Below are positions 1 to 6,283 of a stretch of DNA of 6,308 nt, one piece after another. Source of the stretch: Zygnema circumcarinatum SAG 698-1b (Eukaryota; Plantae; Zygnematophyceae). The notes under the pieces are model-generated. The model did not search any database, was not told where the DNA came from, and saw nothing but the letters and a program-made list of their open reading frames with translations. A program made the translations under genes and the position numbers. Numbering within the stretch: the first letter of the stretch is position 1; each line of letters begins with the position of its first letter. The DNA is taken from the NCBI GenBank assembly GCA_037447605.1, contig JBBHKD010000073.1, positions 1 through 6,308 of the forward strand, written 5' to 3'.

Positions 1-906
1 AAACTTATCCCAGGGCCTCCCAGCTAGGGATCCAGGAACTAAAGAGGTGTTTGATAAGTTCATCTGAACTTACATGCAATGGAAATCCCAATCTCGCCGA
101 GGAGGCCCTCCCATACACCGCGGTGTCACGGCTCTCTCAGTCTTCCCGAATGCTCAAAGGAAACACTTAGCGGAGAGAGACAGTTGAATATAAGAAGGTA
201 ACCCTTCGTTTGACCCAGCCAGCGCTTTCCCGTCGGCGGTCAGGTGGTAGGATGTTAAGCCCCCGAAAGGAAGGGAGGCCACCTTGGCCACGATTCCGTC
301 GAGCATCTCGATGGAGTTCGCGGGGAAGCGGTCAGGGGCTGGGATCTCCTCCGCCCAGCTGACTGCCCAGAGCGGGGGTCTCCCCCCTTCTTCAGGTGGA
401 TTCACATGCAGCGGGGGTGGCACCCCGATGGAAAAACCGGGGTCAGGACTCTGCAGGCACTTGGGTTGGTGGGGACAGGGCGGCGCTGGGGTCAAGCACA
501 CTGCGGCTTGCCCCGGGGACCTGCTGCATCCCACTTTGTTTTACCGGCTGAGGGGTTACAGGGCACATACCTTCCTCGATCGCCCGGAACCTGTCCGAAG
601 GCTCAGGAACTCCATTTGGGCGTGTCCACGGGCGGCCGTGAGCTCCATGGCGTCCCGCAGCTTCAGCGAGCGGCTCGGCGTATTCACGTTACCTTCCTCC
701 GCGCTCTTCCCGGATCCTCCAATCACATTTCCTCATCTTACGGGCGGCGCCCGCGATGTGGGCCCGATCATGGGGTAGAGGCGATTGAAACCTACTTACG
801 ACCCGCGAGGCTCGGTTGGAGTGAAGGGCGGTGGTCGGTAACCTTGATCACGCATTAGGCTCGGCCCCTCCATAGGGACGGGCGTAGTCTCCGAGTTCTC
901 CTCCAT
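1..906 (-). pseudogene. gag: Frameshifted Ty3/gypsy gag of element A
   Basis: Minus-strand fragments in shifting frames: MEENSETTPVPMEGPSLMRDQGYRPPPF (from ATG 906), DRAHIAGAARKMRKCDW (resembles D..I..A...L...A..W), AQMEFLSLR then GQVPGDRGRYV (resembles EF..LRQ.....V..Y), and at 1-123 WEGLLGEIG and SDELIKHLF. Several stops and frameshifts. Confidence 0.6.
124..560. mobile_element. Candidate solo LTR (437 bp) inserted in gag of element A
   Basis: Begins TGTCAC (124) and ends GTTACA (560), 5/6 inverted termini; TATAAG at 189-194. Removing it joins ...GRYVP to RGVWEGLLGEIG...SDELIKHLF with plausible gag spacing. No matching TSD (flanks CGCGG / GGGCA), so tentative. Confidence 0.4.
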
Positions 907-1006
907 CTCCTCGTCCCGGGGAACGGGAGGTGGAGGTGGCGTTTGGGGTGCAAGGCAGGCAGAGTGATTACCGCGACTGGTTTCCCAAAGAAGAGGCTGC
1001 TTGGCA

Positions 1007-1017
1007 GCTCGATACAA
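1007..1017 (-). promoter_or_regulatory. Degenerate primer-binding site, tRNA-iMet type
   Basis: Minus strand reads GTTACA|TTGTATCGAGC; the plant-type iMet PBS is TGGTATCAGAGC (one substitution plus one deletion, or two single-base deletions from TTGGTATCAGAGC). Directly abuts the LTR terminal CA. Confidence 0.65.
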
Positions 1018-1709
1018 TGTAACAGTGAAACATGTGAGATCACACGGCGCTCAGCCAGCGGAGTTGGAATTTAGAGAGGGATGAAAGAGAGAAGAGGGAA
1101 GCTGAGTGGGGACTTCGGGAGTGGGCGGCGATGCAATATGCCGGTACGTTGGTTGGGTGGCAGCTTGATCACCCTCCTTACTACCTTCCCAGATTGAACC
1201 TCCTACCCGGCATGGAGAGTTAGAGGCAGAGCATCCCAGTAGCCCGAGCTGCCCGCGTGGCCGACCCAGAGGCCAGGTGGGGAGGTGGCTGCACGACCAA
1301 CGCGCAGCTGGCGCGGCTTAGCGGCAGCGCCCGTCGCATCAGTCCTATGATGGCAGCAGCGGCCTTGGTCAAACGGCTTGATCCGTCAGGTACCAGCGGG
1401 TAACGTTATTATGCAAGGGCGCGGCGAGAGAGGTAAAAGGGGATCGAGATGCATCGAACGGATTAGTCGAGTGGTGCCAGATTAGTCCGTGATCCTCCTC
1501 TCTTTTGGCGCGGCCGGCGTGGGGCATAGAGGGCGTGTGGCAGGCCCGGGTGAACCAGTTCTTCAGTTCCAGACCCTAGGACCTCCGTAGATCTATAGGG
1601 TATCGCGATGCCTAACTTGGGTTAGATGCTTGCATTGGATGGAAACATAAAGCCACGTCGGGCTCTAAGTAACCCTTCCCCCTTGGGGTGACTGTAGCGT
1701 TTCGCTACA
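1018..1709 (-). repeat. 5' LTR of element A (692 bp; copy 1 of the A-family LTR)
   Basis: Plus strand starts TGTAAC and ends GCTACA. Collinear with 4037-4732 (offset about 3011-3033) through shared blocks, including both termini. PBS on one side, interrupted copia gag on the other. Confidence 0.8.
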
Positions 1710-1939
1710 GTGAGCGCTTTGTTGTCCTTGGCACTCCATGCAGCGAGCGCCACTTGGGTATTCAAGAGCTGCTTGCTCGTAGGTGGCTCCCTCCGGTAGC
1801 TTGCAGGTGCCTTGATAGTGCGGTTGGCGTGCCCCAACAGTCCCTTGCCAGCTTGGCAAGGAACCAGCCGCCATCTCCACCCGCGTAGTCTTGGCGGTGA
1901 ATCGCGGGAATGTTGAACTCCGCGTGGTCCTAAATGCAT
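1710..1939 (-). pseudogene. gag: Ty1/copia gag N-terminal fragment (UBN2/Retrotran_gag_2-like)
   Basis: Across small indels: NIP, RFT, DYA, then GWRWRL..CQAGKGLLGHANRTIKAP...LAAWSAKDNKALT. This matches the copia gag pattern P.F.G.NY..W...M...L.GKGL.GH..GT...P...W..KD.KA. Homology ends exactly where LTR A begins. The supplied ORF 1622-2062 reads through LTR sequence at both ends. Confidence 0.7.
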
Positions 1940-1954
1940 ACCGGCACCGTGGCT

Positions 1955-1965
1955 CACGAGCACCA
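1955..1965 (-). promoter_or_regulatory. Primer-binding site of copia element B (non-iMet)
   Basis: TGGTGCTCGTG, one base after the LTR terminal CAACA and 15 nt before the gag ATG; TGG complements the tRNA CCA end. Confidence 0.6.
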
Positions 1966-1966
1966 C

Positions 1967-2195
1967 TGTTGGAGCACGGATACTTTCATTGCTCGAGCAG
2001 CCACCTCGCACGTATCGCCCTCCCATTGGAACTCCGGTTCCCACCGATGAAGACATCTTCACTCTCTCTCACTCTATCTCACTTCACTCATAGCCCATAA
2101 CTCACAGAATGAACGCAGAGACGAGCACAGCGGAAATCACACACGAGAGAGTATAGAAGAAAGCTCACGGCTCTAAAACTCCTTTATAATAAGAA
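1967..2195 (-). repeat. Partial 5' LTR of copia element B (TATA region, R, U5)
   Basis: Plus strand begins TGTTGG at 1967. On the minus strand TATAAA (2188-2183) is followed by a CT-rich then GA-rich tract, typical of LTR R/U5. Truncated at 2195 by the GTGACA end of LTR C. Confidence 0.6.
2183..2188 (-). promoter_or_regulatory. TATA box in LTR of element B
   Basis: Minus strand TTAT-TATAAA-GGAG, about 220 nt upstream of the U5 end. Confidence 0.45.
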
Positions 2196-2396
2196 TGTCA
2201 CCCACATGAAGTTCTCCCTCTCTCACTAGCTACTTCTCCCCTTACTCACTACCTTGCGACACAAGCGAGGGGCAGCCCGGCAACCTGGCGAGGCCTGAAG
2301 GGGCAAGTCCCGCGGGACTACGGTGGTCCCCAATGTGGATTTATCACATAACAAAAGCTAAGCCCCCTATATACCGCCATGGCGTGTTGCGTGACA
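2196..2396 (-). repeat. Probable 3' LTR of element C (201 bp)
   Basis: Perfect 6-bp inverted termini TGTCAC...GTGACA; TATATA at 2368-2373; preceded on the minus strand by a purine tract and lies about 90 nt after the chromodomain-like motif. Confidence 0.55.
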
Positions 2397-2407
2397 TCTT
2401 CCTTGTT
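2397..2407 (-). promoter_or_regulatory. Polypurine tract of element C
   Basis: AACAAGGAAGA (10 of 11 purines) immediately before TGTCAC on the minus strand. Confidence 0.45.
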
Positions 2408-2482
2408 GACCAATGTCGCGTCCGCGGCCCAGGCTCTCCGCCTCGCGGCCCGAGATGCCGCCAGCATCGGCTTTCGGTCTTT

Positions 2483-2590
2483 GGTAAACTACGCCGGCCA
2501 CCCGACTGGTCGAATTAGATAAAATGCGATTCCGCCCGCCCATGCAGGCAGCCGTCGTTGGTATGTGAGAACTTCCGCCGCCCGGAAATA
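2483..2590 (-). pseudogene. Degenerate chromodomain at the integrase C-terminus of element C
   Basis: YFRAAEVLTYQRRLPAWAGGIAFYLIRPVGWPA*FT resembles the chromodomain pattern Y.VE.IL..R......YLVKW.GW/Y....TWE, and sits between the integrase core and the PPT. Confidence 0.5.
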
Positions 2591-2859
2591 AAGTGATGCA
2601 GCGTCCGCCCGCCCAGCGCTATGTTAGATTTCGCGGCGCACATTACATTGGCGCCCGTCGCGGCAAATCTCCGTCGTCGCATTTCAGCGCCGTTCACGCA
2701 GCCGGCGCGCTTGCACCGGTACTCCTCCGTGGTGACCTGCGTCGCGATCATGGGCCGCGCAGAATTACGGCAGCGGTTCGCCGACATCACCGACATCCTC
2801 CAGCGCGTCACGGGCCACCGACATTGGCGACCCGTATTTCTTAGGAACACTATGAATCT

Positions 2860-3560
2860 CATGTTCCCAGCGAGGACCACAACAATGTTAGTGTGAACCC
2901 GTACAATGTCTAACTATAGCACACTAACACTAACAAAGACCAGGGAGGGGATGACTTCGCGCCAGTCCGCCTCGAGCTCCGCGCAGCCGCGAACGCACGC
3001 GTCTTTGACCGTCTGAATGGTACGTTCCGCGAGCCCATTCTGCCAGGGGGAGTAGGGGCTAGAGGTGTGGTGAATGTCGAGGAAGTCTGCATGAGCAGCA
3101 AGCCACCCACACTTGTATTACGGTACCATTGTTAGAGTGGGCCCGAGTAGGGTAGAGAGTGGCGTGAGAATGATGCGTCCCGAGGGCGAGTAGAGTGGAT
3201 GGAATGGCAGATTACGTAGCCGAGACTTCCACCCACTTGGGTATATCATCCCGCGGCTAGGAAGACCGAATGTAGCGGAGAGGGGGTGCGGCTGAGGGAT
3301 AGAAAGGTGTCAATATTCCAATCTTGGCCGGCGCCCTCATTATGGGATCTCACCCATCTCGAGGGGTGGTACCAGAGGCGAGGCGCTTTCAGCGTTGGCG
3401 GCGGGTGGGGTTTGCGTGTGTGAACCACCCGCCATGGGCGGGCCAATAATAAGCGCTCTGCTGTGAGCGACCATCTTCTTTGGCCAAGGTGGAATCCGCC
3501 GAGCAGTCGTGGGCGACATCTACCACCACAGAATCTCCATGGATTCGTTGGGAAGGCAGG
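2860..3560 (-). pseudogene. pol: Integrase of element C (frameshifted)
   Basis: Zinc-finger remnants AHD, GGFHLG, YYWP (about 3430-3520); QDWNIDTF (first D at 3309-3311); KWVE; SNNGT (SDNG motif with D to N at 3131-3133); IHHTSSPYSPWQNGLAERTIQTVKD (E at 3025-3027); DWREVIPSLVF. Confidence 0.9.
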
Positions 3561-4036
3561 CGAGGGAAGTGCAGTCTGTCGCTTCATCATCAACGAGGAA
3601 GTTCGGCGCTGGCCCGGGAGCGAGCCCGGTATCGTTGATAAAAGGGGCAATGTGCGGGTCATGACGTAGCGCAGAAGGGAGGAGTCTGAATGGACGTCAT
3701 TGGCGCTGGGGAAATGGGGAGGAAGAAAGGGAGCTTCGCCATCGTCATCCATGAGGAGTTCCCACGGATCCGCATGGGGGTGGCCGTGGGTGAAGTCAGG
3801 GTCTTGCCAGCGATGGAGGGTGGTGGCCGTGGCCGGAATATCGATCAGCCCATCCGCGAATATGACATCATGTAAGTCTTGATCTGCAATGAAAATCTCA
3901 ATGGGAAGATGCTCAGGGTTCAAGAGGGTGGGTGGAGGGATGGGTTCAGGAACGGCCGGATCGTGACAGAGGAGGGGAGCCGAGGGATTGCGACTGAGGC
4001 CGTCAGCATTGCCGTGACTACGGCCGGGACGGTGAG

Positions 4037-4732
4037 TGTAACGGCTGGCGCCTCGCCGACTGCGGAATTGCACTCAGCTTGACACTTCGGCAAAGCGAGT
4101 TGGTCGAGGGTGAGAGAGAGAGAGAGAGGCGAGGCCGAGGTGAGGGCGGCCGGGATGGGCGTGCAACGTATGCGATACGTTGAGGATTTGGTGACGTGCC
4201 TAAGCTAAGCTTCCCCAGTTGAACCTCTACCCGGCATGGAGGATTAAAGGCGAGGAAACGTCAATGGCGAGGCTACCCGCGTGTCCCTCATTCCGAATGG
4301 GTCGAGGTGGCCCTGGCTGTCTACGAATGATGTCGCGCATTCAGCGGCGCTGGCGCCCGCTGACGTATGCATATGGATGGTGCCGCGGTCGGATCCTACA
4401 GCGGGATTCGTGACGGTCGTCCGTACCAGCGGTAACGCGTGGTATACGGGCCGGCGGTTGGATTCAAAACGTAAGGAAGATGTGGTGATTAGGAGTTCCG
4501 TGATCCCTCGACCGCATCGGCGGCAACCCGATACCGCCATATGCCAGGTATACAGCGCGCGCCGAACGCGATGCAACCTGCGCAGGTTGATCCCGGAGAC
4601 CCTTCACGGTCACACAGAGTGGTCCCCAGAGCATACGGCCACTTTCGGCACGCCCGGGGTGAGGAGTACTTATAGGGCCGGGCGCCCTAAGTACACCTCA
4701 GAGTGAAAGGATGGCTGTGGCGTTTAGCTCTG
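4037..4732 (-). mobile_element. Element D: solo LTR (696 bp), same family as LTR A, with 5-bp TSD
   Basis: Starts TGTAAC; last 20 nt match the end of LTR A at 14/20 (terminal ACA decayed to CTG); TSD GTGAG (4032-4036) / ATGAG (4733-4737); length nearly equal to LTR A; host codons rejoin on excision. Confidence 0.8.
4112..4128. repeat. (GA)8 microsatellite inside LTR D
   Basis: GAGAGAGAGAGAGAGAG; LTR A has an imperfect GA-rich tract at the equivalent position (about 1073-1100). Confidence 0.9.
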
Positions 4733-5040
4733 ATGAGTGACATAAGTACATTATACTCCTCAACACAATGCCCATGGTACAGAAGAAACGCAGAGGTAGA
4801 GAATTTAGCCGCTGATGTGCGGCGGTGAGGGCATGTGAGTGATCCGGGATGATAATGGGGTACATTAGGCGTGGCTTGAACTACCGAGTGCGGAAGGAGG
4901 ATAGCGGCCTCACCCTCACTAGAGTACATACATTTAGTCACGCAGTTTACGAACAAACCTGCTATAACTTGGTAGGTGTTCACCCCATCAGAATGCTTGG
5001 TAGCCCCTTTGCCCGAAGCTGTCGACTCGGTCAGCGTCGA

Positions 5041-5965
5041 TAATGGTGGGAAGGTTGGGGTCGAATTGATGCAGGCAAGGAGCCTGAAGGAGGGCACTCT
5101 TGAGCGCGTGGAAGGCCAAATCCTGCGCTCGGCTCCATTCGTATTGGACTCCGTGCTTCTCCAAGGCATGTAGGGGACGCGCGATAAGGGCATAGCCCTT
5201 AATGAACCGGCGATAGAAAGAGGTGAGTCCCAAGAAAGACTTGAGCTGAGTGAGGTTCTGTGGAATGGGCATAAGGTCCGGTGCTTCAATTTTGTGAGTG
5301 ATGGTTTGAGGCCATTGATCTGCAGAAGCGTGCGGATAGGTGATCTCTTGGTGGCCCCATTTGCACTTCTTGGGTGCAATCTTCAGACGCGCACTGATGA
5401 GCTGTTGCAGGACTTGGTCAATGTGTTGCAGGTGGGAGGACCAGTCCTTGCTGTGGATCGAAGCATCATCCACGTAAGGCTCGCAGAAGGCACGACAGGG
5501 GCCGAACACCTGGTTGGCCAGGCGCTGGTGAGTCTGGGCGGGTGCTTGAGCCCGAAGGGAAGCGCGAGATCCGCGCTGCAGGCGTGGGCTGTGCGAGAAA
5601 TACTGTCTTCTGGCCCGATCGGCTGTCGCGGAGGATCTGCGAGGAAGGACTTACGCATGTCAGTCGCAGAACCACCCGGTCGGGGGCTTGCCGTGGAGAA
5701 TAGGGTCCACATCCGGCCGTATAGGGATCAGCTTCGTTATGGCATTTAGTTTCCGATAGTCTCCACAGAAGCGGGGTGTGCCATCCGGCTTTGGGGGCAG
5801 AACGGCCGGGCTGGCCCAAGGCCCTTCTCCAGGTTCCATCAAGCCGGCAGCCACGTTCTCATCGATCTGTCGTTCGACATCGGCCTGCTGAGCGGCGGAA
5901 AAGCGGTAGGGGGTCATGGTCATAACGGGAGGTGCATCCCCCGTATCGATGTGGTGCTCTATCAG
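5041..5965 (-). pseudogene. pol: Reverse transcriptase plus thumb/connection of element C (frameshifted)
   Basis: IEHHIDTGDAPP..PYRFS..VERQI..GLMEP..GPWASPAVL..KPDGTPRFCGDYRKLNAITK; DMRKSF; LPFGLK (5545-5562); HQRL; YVDD (5465-5476); LKIAPKKCKWG; LKSFLGLTSFYRRFIKGYA.IARPL; AFHALKSALLQAPCL..FDP. Distributed over three frames. Confidence 0.95.
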
Positions 5966-6283
5966 GTGGGTCTTGCCAATGTCGAGTGAATGTCGTGCGA
6001 AAACTAGATGATTTCGGCGCAGCACTTGGCGTAATTGTGAATGCTTGATCGGGTCTGAGAGGACTGCTGGCCCCAATCGCATCTGACCCTCTATTTCTAG
6101 CCACTCCTCATCACTAATGGTCTCGTGGGGGGGAAAGCTGGGTCCAGCTATCACCGGCGGCAAAAGTTCTTCCGTCGGCGCACAGAGAGCTGGACTCGGA
6201 GGAGCAGGAGGGGGAGTCTCGTCATCGGTATCAGAATTGGCCGATCCATAGGAAGAATGGGGGCTGCCGACCGCATGGTACAT
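5966..6283 (-). pseudogene. pol: Pol spacer upstream of RT (acidic/Pro-rich); protease not seen in the window
   Basis: In frame with the RT N-terminus in ORF 5660-6283; SDTDDETPPPAPPSP, DEEWLEIE, QLRQVLRRNHLVFA..LDIG (typical pre-RT helix). Confidence 0.7.

Larger units (their letters stand above)
1..1709 (-). mobile_element. Element A: Ty3/gypsy-type LTR retrotransposon, 5' part (5' LTR, PBS, gag); continues beyond left edge
   Basis: On the minus strand, in canonical order: LTR with TG...CA ends (1709 to 1018), PBS-like TTGTATCGAGC directly after the terminal GTTACA, about 100-nt leader, first ATG at 906, then Retrotrans_gag-like peptide fragments. Confidence 0.75.
1710..2195 (-). mobile_element. 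Element B: Ty1/copia remnant (partial 5' LTR, PBS, gag N-terminus), interrupted by A on the left and C on the right
   Basis: Minus strand: ...CTCCAACA (copia-type CAACA LTR end), 1-nt spacer, TGGTGCTCGTG, ATG at 1939, then copia gag motifs. Confidence 0.7.
3990..5040 (-). pseudogene. pol: RNase H of element C, split by solo LTR D
   Basis: IIDAD, QVIA, RKL, SEGEAAILL, FKPRLMYPIIIPDH, WAL, EEYNV on the right side. Excising 4037-4737 restores tat gtc act cac cgt ccc ggc = YVTHRPG, followed by RSHGNADGLSR. Confidence 0.85.

Noticed and set aside
284-858. Plus-strand ORFs of 164 and 150 aa
   Set aside because: Antisense shadows of gag A and the candidate insert; low-complexity Gly/Arg/Ser composition with no motifs.
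2593-2896. Plus-strand ORFs (83 and 91 aa) and a TATA/Kozak ATG at 2368-2382
   Set aside because: Antisense to the integrase C-terminal region or inside LTR C; short, no recognisable family; expected in GC-rich DNA.
1013-2909. TACAATGT at 1013-1020 and 2902-2909, and TCACGGCTCT at 126-135 and 2165-2174, as TSDs or repeats
   Set aside because: Matches of 8-10 bp are expected by chance in 6 kb and do not fit any element boundary.
2886-2929. 44-bp element with 10-bp TIRs TGTTAGTGTG/CACACTAACA
   Set aside because: No TSD, and the interior encodes the integrase TG.TP..LL.G motif region, so it is likely chance or local slippage.
3121-3135. Apparent LTR end plus PBS (CTAACA-A-TGGTACCG on the minus strand)
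   Set aside because: These are integrase codons tct aac aat ggt acc (S-N-N-G-T, the SDNGTEF motif), flanked by KWVE and NGLAER.
4219-4230. Pol III B-box/tRNA T-arm (GGTTCAA on the minus strand), or a Cassandra-like 5S insert
   Set aside because: No T-stem pairing, no A-box at suitable distance, and only patchy similarity to 5S.
4231-4363. Resemblance to the HDV ribozyme (CCGGCATGG ... CGCTGGCGCCCGCTG)
   Set aside because: No P1 partner, no pyrimidine-rich L3 and no P2/J4/2; the second motif is a simple hairpin and is not retained in LTR A.
4696-4737. Permuted PBS-leader-LTR structure (one-LTR circle or TRIM) suggested by ATCAGAGC at the edge of D
   Set aside because: The segment aligns to the U3 end of LTR A (14/20 terminal matches, equal distance from CTAAGTA), so it is ordinary LTR; there is no PPT.
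4730-4800. Hammerhead core CTGATGAG
   Set aside because: It spans the LTR/TSD junction, and no stem II plus GAAA plus stem III arrangement can be built.
4849-5819. Plus-strand ORFs and alternative-frame minus ORFs over RT/RNase H
   Set aside because: Shadow frames of the frameshifted pol; useful only where they carry pol motifs.
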